Source: Candidatus Latescibacterota bacterium (lineage in GTDB: Bacteria > Latescibacterota > UBA2968). From it: a stretch of DNA of 64,000 bases. Shown in pieces: positions 55,975 to 64,000 of the stretch. A model generated the notes under the pieces. It saw nothing but the letters and a program-made list of their open reading frames with translations. It had not been told where the DNA came from and did not search any database. Location of the stretch: contig OZ220741.1 of NCBI GenBank assembly GCA_965116885.1, positions 4,160,001 to 4,224,000 of the forward strand, written 5' to 3'. Position numbers and translations under genes: made by a program. Position 1 is the stretch's first letter. Each line of letters begins with the position of its first letter.

Positions 55975-56318
55975 TGGAGTTACCCTGTTTGAGTGTATAG
56001 GTGTAGAGGGTTCTACCCAGGCACTGACCGTTTGGACGGAGGATTCAAAATCCTCTAAATGTCATCTTTTGTCGTCTTTGAGTTTATCGGCCAGTGTCTC
56101 CAAAAGATCAGCAGAAGTTTCTCTAACACGACTGCTGTCTATCTTCTCAGAAATTCTGCGTAACACTTTGAGCGTGAGATATATAAGGCCCACCCCAATA
56201 GCGAACCATCCCAAGAACCAGAATAAAAAAAAACCAAGGCATCACTTCCTGCCATTGCGATAAGTGGCATCACTTGTCTCCTTGAAGCAAAGGTACTCAC
56301 CGAAACGGGTCAAGTCCA
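55975..56318 (-). mobile_element. Non-autonomous IS3-ended mini-element (344 bp)
   Basis: 56292-56318 matches the IS3 left end at 25/27; 55975-56000 matches the IS3 right end at 20/26; no transposase between them. Confidence 0.7.
56062..56270 (-). pseudogene. Small single-TM protein gene frameshifted in a T9 tract
   Basis: Changing the T9 tract length restores ...FWFLGWFAIGVGLIYLTLKVLRRISEKIDSSRVRETSADLLETLADKLKDDKR*; AAGGAG RBS. Confidence 0.55.
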
Positions 56319-56381
56319 GTTCGAGTGATCGGCCTGCCTCGGGCACAACGCCAGTAATCTACATCTACTTATGGGGTAGGA

Positions 56382-57503
56382 TTAGGATGTAGCAATCAGA
56401 GCCTTTATGCCAGCGTTTTCCCGGAAGGACAAAGCCACGCTGTCAATATGCGGCTTATTCTTATAGTAGAACAGATCATCATGGGTGAGTCCTGTGATGT
56501 TCAGAGCCAAGTTCAACATATGGGGTTGAAGGTGTTTGTTTAGATATATTCCAATTCCGGCTCCAGCTGCCATACCGGCTATGCCACCGATCAGGTTGCC
56601 AACTCCCGGTACGGCTATGCCTGCGGCAGCCCCACCAAAACCACCGGCAGTTGACAAGACAGTTGAGACGCCAAAACGAGACATTAAAGTTAGGGTTTGC
56701 ACGACTTGCATCTTGTTTTTAGTGGTGCGATCAGCAGTGCTGAATTCCTTCTCAGTTTTGAGGACGTTGTGTATCAACTTAGCACCCATAAAAATTGCGC
56801 CCGCGTAAGGAACTATCTCTCCGATGCTGTCGGGCAGGTCAAAGCCCTGATTGGCACTGAGGGTTTCGAGACCATCATCTATCCCGTTCACCAGTTCATA
56901 GTCGTATCCTATATTGACCATTTGATCAATGAGTTCCGGACTACGTTCAGCGATTCTATCGTGGATTTCAGTGCTGACTAAGAAGTCTATATCAGGATTT
57001 TCCAGCATTCTTGACTGTACATCACTGGCGTAATCTGTGTTGCCGGTTTTGACTTGCCAAGCAATGGGGTCGCCGTTGGGAGCATTGCCGGTAATGTCAA
57101 ACACAGGTTGGTTAGGATTCGAGGCTATTTCCACGTTCAGGTAGCCGCGCTCCTCCAACATATCTTTAGCGTTGATTTCAGCCAATTTGCCTTTGAGTGG
57201 GTTTAAGAAGTTGTCGTAAGAATTCCCACCACGCTGCAGTATGTCTTGCCAGTGTTCGTGAAGAGATCCCTCGTAGTTCCCGAAGGCCATTTCGTGGGCT
57301 TGAGTCAGTTTATCATCCACGTTGATAGTATCAAAAATGTTCCACATTGCGAACGAGGTCGCCGCCGTTGCTTCTGCCGCATAAAGTCCTCGATCCCTGC
57401 TCAGCAGATCAGTGATTATATCCCGAAAGGATTTGCGCTGGCCAGATTCTGGACTGGGGAGTTTCTGTAGCTCCGGCAAAAGGTTTAGGGATTGCATAGC
57501 CAT
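56382..57503 (-). CDS. Hypothetical protein with nuclease-like G..E/D/QxK motif and C-terminal glycine zipper
   Basis: KGKLAE...PVFDI...WQVKTG; GGFGGAAAGIAVPGVGNLIGGIAGMAAGAGIG; AGGAGG RBS. Confidence 0.7.
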   Translation of the reverse strand: MAMQSLNLLPELQKLPSPESGQRKSFRDIITDLLSRDRGLYAAEATAATSFAMWNIFDTINVDDKLTQAHEMAFGNYEGSLHEHWQDILQRGGNSYDNFLNPLKGKLAEINAKDMLEERGYLNVEIASNPNQPVFDITGNAPNGDPIAWQVKTGNTDYASDVQSRMLENPDIDFLVSTEIHDRIAERSPELIDQMVNIGYDYELVNGIDDGLETLSANQGFDLPDSIGEIVPYAGAIFMGAKLIHNVLKTEKEFSTADRTTKNKMQVVQTLTLMSRFGVSTVLSTAGGFGGAAAGIAVPGVGNLIGGIAGMAAGAGIGIYLNKHLQPHMLNLALNITGLTHDDLFYYKNKPHIDSVALSFRENAGIKALIATS

Positions 57504-57515
57504 GATATTTGCCTC

Positions 57516-57995
57516 CTAAACGAGAACCGCGACGATTAGCGCGACTATGGAGATGATAGCACTGCCAGCAGCCACGACAGTAAGCCGGTTTCGGGTTTGA
57601 TGTGACTCCTGGCGCAGGGTCTCAAGTGCTTTGGCATGGGCTTCATTGAGTTGTTTTTGAGCAGTATCTAAAGCTGATTCATACTGTTGGGCCTGTTCAG
57701 ATAACGACTTTTGAGTGTTTTGTTCATGGGCTTCATTGAGTTGTTTTTGAGCAGTATCCAAAGCTGATTCATACTGTTGGGCCTGTTCAGATAACGACTT
57801 TTGGATGGTATCACTGAGTATTTGCTGCAAGTTGTCGTGCTCGGCTATGTGCTGGGTTAGCAGTTCGTGCTGACGAATGAATCGAGGAATTAGCTCTTGG
57901 TTGATTCGGTCCTGTTCCTCCCAGAAGCGCACCTTGTCCGCTATTTTGACAGTTTCATCACCGGTACCAGATTTGGTTTTTTGTAGATCATTCAT
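57516..57995 (-). CDS. Tail-anchored coiled-coil hypothetical protein
   Basis: Gln/Glu-rich helical body, C-terminal TM (VVAAGSAIISIVALIVAVLV), AGGAG RBS. Confidence 0.75.
   Translation of the reverse strand: MNDLQKTKSGTGDETVKIADKVRFWEEQDRINQELIPRFIRQHELLTQHIAEHDNLQQILSDTIQKSLSEQAQQYESALDTAQKQLNEAHEQNTQKSLSEQAQQYESALDTAQKQLNEAHAKALETLRQESHQTRNRLTVVAAGSAIISIVALIVAVLV
57635..57803 (-). repeat. In-frame tandem duplication, 90-bp period
   Basis: 57635-57713 and 57725-57803 are 78/79 identical (QKSLSEQAQQYESALDTAQKQLNEAH twice). Confidence 0.95.
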
Positions 57996-58189
57996 GGTAT
58001 TTTCTCCTAAAAAATTTATGGTGGACCTGCCCTAGGCCTTACCTAATGTGACTTTATTCCAACAGCTATATTGTTGAGTTTTGTCAAGACAAAAGGACGA
58101 TATAAAATAAAAAACTTAAAATAATGATTGTCAATACTAATTTTATTATATTATTTATTATCAAATCTTTACGGTAATTCTCTATAATC

Positions 58190-58231
58190 ATAAGGGCGAT
58201 ATATAATGTAAGGGCTATATATCGCCCTTAT
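58190..58231. repeat. Perfect 16-bp inverted repeat
   Basis: ATAAGGGCGATATATA-N10-TATATATCGCCCTTAT between divergent genes. Confidence 0.8.
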
Positions 58232-58251
58232 TTCTGTAGAACTTTCTACAA

Positions 58252-58425
58252 TGGAGTTATTCCGTTTTAGATGCTGTTGCCGAATTGGTCAAGAGGGATC
58301 TGTGGTTGGAAAAACGGCTGTTTGTAGCCTGAATACAAGCTCTGTATGGACAGAATTCGGAATTCGGCAACAGCATCGTTTTAGTGGAATATTTAGGGCT
58401 TGGGTTTCAAGCCTGTGATTGATGC
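58252..58425 (-). mobile_element. Degenerate IS3 right-end relic, interrupted by a MITE
   Basis: With the MITE and one TSD copy removed, 48/60 identical without gaps to the reverse complement of 9436-9495. Confidence 0.8.
58271..58376. mobile_element. MITE (106 bp)
   Basis: Perfect TIR ATGCTGTTGCCGAATT / AATTCGGCAACAGCAT flanked by direct repeat CGTTTTAG (58263-58270, 58377-58384). Confidence 0.88.
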
Positions 58426-58678
58426 TACTTGCCGTATAGAATCATTACGGCACATGCTTCGTAGGCCATCGGCTATGTTCGCCATTATCGCTCCACGCTA
58501 TTAAAAGAAACAATTTTAGCTCTTGCCTCGGCCTGTTCACGCCTTACCAGCACCCTCAGATGCCCAGTCTCGAAGTATATTAAAAATAATAGACAGACAA
58601 GAAAAATGAGTGTAATTTTCAGTGCCCAATAACCACCTCCTTCAACGGAACAGACTTTGCAATGGAAAAAGGAAAGAG

Positions 58679-61591
58679 ATGCCCAAAACCAACGAAATCG
58701 CCTTCAATGTCCGGCTATTAGATGTGCTACAGACTAAGCATCCACGCTGGCGCGATCATGTCGGTGTGGAGCAACGAGATGTCCTCCGCGAGACCGCCCT
58801 GCAACCGGATATTGTCATTCGTCCTCCAAGCGGTGTACCGGTCATTATCGAGACAGAGTTTATGCCAGCGCGTAGCGTCGAAGCAGATGCTACGGCTCGT
58901 TTGGGGAAATTCCTGGAGTACAACGGCGACTTGATAGAGCAGACTATGGCTGTCCAGGTCCCACAAGAACTGAGCCGTGCGCCACAGAAAGACCTGGAGC
59001 GGCAAATCGAAGCCGCTGAGTTCCGGTACTGTACCTTTTCACAGCAAAAAAAGGATACTGTCGTGCGCTGGCCGTCTGAGGGTTGGCTCTCCGGCAGTAT
59101 TGATGATCTTGCTGCCTGCATTGAAAACGTCGCACTGTCCGAACGGCTGCTTGCTGAAGGAACGCAAATTCTGGAGCAAAGCATAGGCGAAGCCGCAGGC
59201 AAACTGCGCGAAACAGCCAGCATACAGGTGCTGGAGAAAATGGCTCAGTCTCTCCATCAAGAAGATGGCGAGCAAACCTCACGTATGGCCATGGCTATTG
59301 TCGCCAACGCCCTCGTCTTCCATACCGCTATTGTTGACGCTCACGGTATCGAAACCATCGACGAATTGCGTATTCCTGGTCGCAATGATGTCAGCAAGAG
59401 CCGTTTGCTCGAATGTTGGCAGCATATCCTTGACAATATCAATTACTATCCGATCTTCCGCATTGCCTCTGACCTGCTCCTGCCTATCGCCGACAGCACC
59501 GCGCATGCTGTTCTCAATCGTCTTGCTCAGGCAGCCAGTGATTTAGCTGGCTTAGGAGCTACTACCTTGCACGACCTCTCTGGACGCATGTTCCAAAGGC
59601 TTATTGCTGACCGGAAGTTCCTCGCCACGTTCTACACGCTACCGACATCTGCTGCTCTACTCGGTGAGTTGGCCGTGTCACGCCTCGACGCGGTAACGGA
59701 CTGGTCTAACCCCGATGCTCTCACTCGTCTCCAGGTCGCCGACCTTGCCTGCGGAACCGGTACCCTGCTCTCAGCGGCGTACCGCGCCCTGGCCTTGCGC
59801 CATCGGCGGACTGGCGGTGACGATCAGGAGTCGCATACTCAGATGATGGAACGCGCCCTTATTGCTGCCGACATTATGCCAGCGGCAACGCATCTAACTG
59901 CATCCATGCTGTCGAGCACCCATCCGGGCACAACCTTTGGTAACACCCGCGTCCATACTCTGCCTTATGGACAGCAGAGCCAGGAAAAACGGCACACTAT
60001 AGCTCTGGGTGCTCTCGACCTCATTGAGGATGACACCACACCATCGCTGTTTGGGACAGGCATCCATGTAGCGCGAGGTACGGGTGCAGATGTGGAAGCC
60101 GAGGGTAGTCAGGACATGATCCTCCCTCCCGAAACGGCCGATCTGGTAATTATGAATCCTCCCTTCACACGACCTACCAACCACGAAAAAGCCAAAGGGG
60201 TGCCTGTGCCATCGTTTGCCGGGTTAGGCACAAGTGAAGATGAACAGCGACAAATGAGTAGTCGATTAAAGGAAATATGCGCTAAAATAAAAAAGAAAGG
60301 GTACTTAGCTGGTCACGGAAACGCCGGGCTGGCCTCCAACTTTATTGACCTCGCCCATGTCAAGATCAGGCCCGGTGGCGTTCTCGCGCTGGTGTTGCCA
60401 GCAGCATTTGTGAGCGGTAGCTCATGGGCGAACTCCCGTCGCTTGCTGGAAAGCGAATACAAAGACTTGACCGTGCTGAGCATTGCGGCGTACGGCCAGA
60501 CAGATCGGGCCTTTTCAGCCGATACGGGCATGGCCGAGGTCCTCGTGGTGGCCAACAAGTGCCGCGGCGGACAACAGGGATCCGGAGAAACGCTGTTTGT
60601 CAATCTCTACCACCGGCCACACAACCTCGCGGAAGCCTTTGAGGTAGCGCGAGCGGTAGGTCGCCTATCGCCTCAAGCTCGACAAGGGCGGATTTGTGTA
60701 GGCGACCATGAGACTATTGGCACGTACATTCGGGCACCTTTGAGCCAGGGCGGTTGCACGTCCCTCCGCGAAACCACGCTCGCTTCCACCGCCATTGGGT
60801 TGGCCACCGGAACGCTTCAACTTCCTCAAGGATACTCCACAACGCTTTCTACAACTCAACTCAGGGTTCTTGGTAAGGAGGGATTATACCATCTCGATAT
60901 TATCGGAGGAATTAGCAAGGGAGTGCCGCGGGGACCGTTCAAAAAAAACGCCATTCAGGGCGTGCCGCAGTATCCGATGTTGTGGAGCCACAACGCGCAA
61001 CAAGAACGGGGCCTCGTCGTCCCACCCGATAGCGAAGGCGAGGTGCGCCCCGGATGCGACTCCCGTGCTATTGAGGTGTGGAACTCAACCGCCTCGCGGC
61101 TGCACTTCAGCCTCGATTTTCAGATCAACTCACAAAGCCTCACTGCTTGTCTCACGCCGACTGAAGCCATCGGCGGCACAGCGTGGCCCAACTTCATTCC
61201 GTCTCAAGACAAGTGGACCTTACCCCTCGTCTTGTGGGCCAACACTACATTGGGCCTCCTTGCCTTCTGGTGGATCGGAACTCGACAGCAACAAGGCCGC
61301 GCACGGCTCACGATTACTCAGCTACCTCGTCTAACTGTGTTGGACCCACGCCATCTCAGTGAGGAGCAGATCGCTCAAGCCGAAGACATCTTTGAAACAT
61401 TTAAGGGAAAGACATTCCTACCGGCCAACGAGGCGTACCGGGACGAAACTCGGAAAGCTCTCGACCATGCGGTTCTGGTGGACCTGTTGCGCCTACCCGA
61501 AGCAACTCTTGACCCTCTCTCCATTTTGCGCGACCAATGGTGCGCCGAGCCGAGCGTTCATGGTGGTAAATCGACGCGGATTGACGTTTAA
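58679..61591 (+). CDS. Type IIG-like restriction-modification fusion (nuclease-like N-terminus, N6-adenine MTase, TRD)
   Basis: FYT, motif I DLACGTGTLL, motif IV IMNPPF, GGVLALVLP; N-terminal PDIVI...IIETEF; start reassigned to MPKTNE. Confidence 0.8.
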   Translation: MPKTNEIAFNVRLLDVLQTKHPRWRDHVGVEQRDVLRETALQPDIVIRPPSGVPVIIETEFMPARSVEADATARLGKFLEYNGDLIEQTMAVQVPQELSRAPQKDLERQIEAAEFRYCTFSQQKKDTVVRWPSEGWLSGSIDDLAACIENVALSERLLAEGTQILEQSIGEAAGKLRETASIQVLEKMAQSLHQEDGEQTSRMAMAIVANALVFHTAIVDAHGIETIDELRIPGRNDVSKSRLLECWQHILDNINYYPIFRIASDLLLPIADSTAHAVLNRLAQAASDLAGLGATTLHDLSGRMFQRLIADRKFLATFYTLPTSAALLGELAVSRLDAVTDWSNPDALTRLQVADLACGTGTLLSAAYRALALRHRRTGGDDQESHTQMMERALIAADIMPAATHLTASMLSSTHPGTTFGNTRVHTLPYGQQSQEKRHTIALGALDLIEDDTTPSLFGTGIHVARGTGADVEAEGSQDMILPPETADLVIMNPPFTRPTNHEKAKGVPVPSFAGLGTSEDEQRQMSSRLKEICAKIKKKGYLAGHGNAGLASNFIDLAHVKIRPGGVLALVLPAAFVSGSSWANSRRLLESEYKDLTVLSIAAYGQTDRAFSADTGMAEVLVVANKCRGGQQGSGETLFVNLYHRPHNLAEAFEVARAVGRLSPQARQGRICVGDHETIGTYIRAPLSQGGCTSLRETTLASTAIGLATGTLQLPQGYSTTLSTTQLRVLGKEGLYHLDIIGGISKGVPRGPFKKNAIQGVPQYPMLWSHNAQQERGLVVPPDSEGEVRPGCDSRAIEVWNSTASRLHFSLDFQINSQSLTACLTPTEAIGGTAWPNFIPSQDKWTLPLVLWANTTLGLLAFWWIGTRQQQGRARLTITQLPRLTVLDPRHLSEEQIAQAEDIFETFKGKTFLPANEAYRDETRKALDHAVLVDLLRLPEATLDPLSILRDQWCAEPSVHGGKSTRIDV

Positions 61592-61751
61592 ATATAGGCG
61601 TCAAGGGGAAAGAGGTCCCATACGGTAAAAAGTTCAGTGAGTGCATCAGTCGGTAATTTTTAAGGCCGTAAGTTTTTGCTGTAAATGAACAGTTCTAAAC
61701 TTTCCCTCAAAAGCCACTTGTCAAGCCTGCATCACCAGAAAGGAGCCAATC

Positions 61752-62588
61752 ATGGCAACCCTACTGAGCGGCAGCCCGTTGAATCAAATTCTAGTGTTGT
61801 GTGTACAGATCTTTTCTTCCCTAATACAAATTTTAGTTTTTGGTATTATGGTATTTGTGTTTTTCCAGACAATGAGGCAGAACTTTAGAAAGGATATCGC
61901 AGACCGGATTGCAACATATAATACGCGCATATCCAACCTTCGGCTTGATGATCGCATAAAGTCTAAAAAGTTGCCTAATAACTCTGCTGAGGAAGATATT
62001 AAATTAGAGGATTTTTGTGGACATCGCGCCATTGGGTATTACTTTAATAAATTTGCATATTTGGTATTACAAATACGAACAAGCTTTAGCGACAACGACC
62101 TTAATCCGTATATGTTGAAGACATTATCTAAAAGATTTTTCACATATTACGATGAGTTAAAGGTCATCTACGAAGGCATCGTTCAAATAATGTTTCACAT
62201 TGAGAAATCTAAAGTATTCATGAGGTTTGAAAAAACTCGGATGTTTGAGGATATTCGAGCTTGTCTATCCAGTTTTGAAACTGGAATTTTGGCACTGTAT
62301 ATCTTTCAGCATTCGGAAAGTAAGGCATTAGAAAAAATTTTCAACTGCTATGGTTTTGAAAAGAGTGTGGATGAAGATTTTATACAATTTAGTGGTAGCG
62401 GGCCTTTCGGCAGCCATATACTGCCGCCATCCAACGACGCCTGCAATTTTATCCTGCTGAACAAAAAATGCTGGCATGAGGAGAAAGCGGTCTGCGAGCC
62501 AGAAAACTCCAAGCTGATGTCGTTTTTTTACAACGTATTTAGAAACTTATATACCAAAGAAGAGTATGCTAGGATTTTTGGGCGATAG
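61752..62588 (+). CDS. Membrane-anchored protein, possibly putative abortive infection (putAbiC-like)
   Basis: N-terminal TM; Y..IVQIMFHIE...IRACLSSFETGILALY loosely resembles the putAbiC LRAQLSxxELxLL motif; AT-rich; AAGGAG RBS. Confidence 0.45.
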   Translation: MATLLSGSPLNQILVLCVQIFSSLIQILVFGIMVFVFFQTMRQNFRKDIADRIATYNTRISNLRLDDRIKSKKLPNNSAEEDIKLEDFCGHRAIGYYFNKFAYLVLQIRTSFSDNDLNPYMLKTLSKRFFTYYDELKVIYEGIVQIMFHIEKSKVFMRFEKTRMFEDIRACLSSFETGILALYIFQHSESKALEKIFNCYGFEKSVDEDFIQFSGSGPFGSHILPPSNDACNFILLNKKCWHEEKAVCEPENSKLMSFFYNVFRNLYTKEEYARIFGR

Positions 62589-62650
62589 TCTTGAGAAAGG
62601 TGGAGTTACCTCATTTCTATGAATAGATTCCGCTATTCAGCCTGCTACTT

Positions 62651-62965
62651 TTACGCGACCTCTTGTTGCCCTTCCACTGGAACGAAATTAATCTCGACCC
62701 TTTGATTCAATGCGATCGCGATTCTTTGAAGCATCGTAAGAGAGTGCCCTTCATAATCTGCATCCTCAAGGCGGGCAATAACTGGTTGTTTGGATCCGAT
62801 CAAGTTTGCCAATTCAGTCTGTGTCAAACCCGCCATCTTTCTGGCTTCATATATTAGACGAGCAACTTCTGCGTTGACTGTCTCCTCTGCAATCATCTGC
62901 TGCAATTCTTCATCATCCCCTGTTACATCATCCAGGATTCGATTTGCATCTCTTGTCTTAGCCAT
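62651..62965 (-). CDS. XRE/HigA-type HTH antitoxin
   Basis: ARKMAGLTQTELANLIGSKQPVIARLEDADYEGHSLTMLQRIA. Confidence 0.85.
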   Translation of the reverse strand: MAKTRDANRILDDVTGDDEELQQMIAEETVNAEVARLIYEARKMAGLTQTELANLIGSKQPVIARLEDADYEGHSLTMLQRIAIALNQRVEINFVPVEGQQEVA

Positions 62966-63014
62966 AGGTCACGTCTCCTTCAAACAAATACTGATCAGGA
63001 TTTGCTTCAAATCT
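62958..63014 (-). pseudogene. C-terminal relic of an upstream RelE/HigB-like toxin
   Basis: RFEANPDQYLFEGDVTYG* overlaps the antitoxin start; AT-rich non-coding sequence lies upstream. Confidence 0.4.
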
Positions 63015-63257
63015 AAGCCTATATAACAATATTATTATAAAAATGGCTCTGAATGTCAATGGCCAATCATCTTAGATGGAACCAGAAAATGATTGGGCGA
63101 TTCCCTGAGACTTGTCGGGTTGAATGCGTTACGAAACGTCTCTGCCACAGACCATCATGTCATATATACAACAAAATCAATATGTTATATTTTTTCTTAT
63201 TTTATAGTTATTTTAAGTTAAAAAAATAACTTGACTTAACTCCTAACACATGCCATG

Positions 63258-63400
63258 TTGACGTACTCCCAAAGCTAAAGCATTGGGATTCTACAACCGT
63301 GTTGCTTCAGCAGGGATTGTGGGATCAACAGTAGTTGCCAGCTATGCAAGCCTGGTCTTACGCTACCTCCGCCATAGGTGGACGCCCCCACCTGTGAATG
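63258..63400 (-). ncRNA. IS605 right end / predicted TnpB omega(re)RNA scaffold
   Basis: Minus strand ends ...GAATCCCAATGCTTTAGCTTTGGGAGTACGTCAA (hairpin plus TCAA) just after tnpB; the 5' limit is approximate. Confidence 0.75.
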
Positions 63401-64000
63401 TTTATCGCCGCGTTGAGGTCTCTGTCTATTTCAAGACCACACGCGCAGCAGTGGAATGTTCTCTCTCGCAATTCGAGATTCTCTTTCACTGTATCACAAG
63501 CAGAGCAAGTCTTTGACGTGGGTAGCCATTTGTCGATTTGTTTGACAGCTTTGCCCGTCTTTTTTGCCACATACTTGAGAATGTTCAAAAAGTCTGAGAA
63601 GCCCAAATCGCTAATCTTTCTGCCCCACAACGCTTTCATGGCGTCGATATTCAGCGTTTCAAAATACATGAGGTCGTATTCCTCGCACAGTTGATAGGCA
63701 AGTCGCCAGTGATAGTCTCTGCGCTGATTAGCAACGCGCCTATGCACACGGGCATGATTCAACCTCGCTCTATGACGGTTGTTGCTCCCTTTCTTCTTGC
63801 GAGAAAGATTGCGATTAGCCTTTTTGACTTTTCTCGAATTACGATTGAAGAACAAAGGCGATTGTGTCTTTGTGCTGTCCGAGGCCGTTAGATATGTTTT
63901 CAAGCCAAAGTCAAAACCTGCGGTTTTACCCGTCTTGGCAATGTTCAACTCGAATCTTTCAGCCTTTGCAACAACACATAGCCACAAATCGCCTACGCGG
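63358..64000 (-). CDS. tnpB: RNA-guided endonuclease TnpB (5' end outside the window)
   Basis: RuvC-I GFDFGLK, RuvC-II FETL, Zn finger TSKTCSAC...CCACG, RuvC-III DRDLNAAINI. Confidence 0.95.
   Translation of the reverse strand, partial: RVGDLWLCVVAKAERFELNIAKTGKTAGFDFGLKTYLTASDSTKTQSPLFFNRNSRKVKKANRNLSRKKKGSNNRHRARLNHARVHRRVANQRRDYHWRLAYQLCEEYDLMYFETLNIDAMKALWGRKISDLGFSDFLNILKYVAKKTGKAVKQIDKWLPTSKTCSACDTVKENLELRERTFHCCACGLEIDRDLNAAINIHRWGRPPMAEVA

Larger units (their letters stand above)
63258..64000 (-). mobile_element. IS200/IS605-family element (partial)
   Basis: tnpB plus canonical right end; continues beyond the window. Confidence 0.88.

Noticed and set aside
55970..56263. Plus-strand 97-aa ORF
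   Set aside because: It starts across an IS-like end, has no RBS, and is antisense to a more protein-like frameshifted ORF.
58022..58042. TGGACCTGCCC as another IS3 left end
   Set aside because: Similarity is limited to about 10 bases, too short to support.
1..64000. CRISPR array or cas genes
   Set aside because: I saw no regularly spaced repeat-spacer series and no cas motifs; the only RuvC protein has TnpB size features and an IS605 end.

Overview
Bacterial DNA from a diderm organism (TamA/TamB, TonB-dependent receptors). A housekeeping core (~11.0-55.3 kb) lies between two accessory regions. The core carries pyk, tamAB, an AsnB-like gene, DUF362, a PPTase, an ABC exporter pair plus DUF1854, sppA, a GldAFG-like ABC system, two paralogous TonB-dependent receptors, mobA, GH88, pgi, arsS, YyaL, DegT, an FAD/Fe-S oxidoreductase, acyP, apt and tRNA-Arg(CCT). 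The left region (1-~11.0 kb) looks like a defence island. It holds a sacsin-like GHKL ATPase with a C-terminal DUF3883-like nuclease and a TIR-caspase-TIR operon (type IV Thoeris-like) transcribed divergently from a CapH/CapP-like HTH plus ImmA/IrrE peptidase pair. That five-gene module is bracketed by two 77-bp relics of an antitoxin gene and followed by an intact IS3 element, a SLATT-like 2TM gene and an orphan UPF0175 antitoxin. The right region starts at tRNA-Arg and its degenerate copy. It contains decayed toxin-antitoxin modules, several IS3-end relics (one mini-element carries a frameshifted passenger gene, another has a MITE nested in it), an unknown two-gene membrane/nuclease-like operon, a Type IIG-like R-M fusion, an AbiC-like gene and an IS605 tnpB cut by the window edge. 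The best candidates for new biology are the CapH/CapP-regulated TIR-caspase system and the two-gene operon at 56382-57995. All family assignments come from motif recognition by eye; no database search was run.
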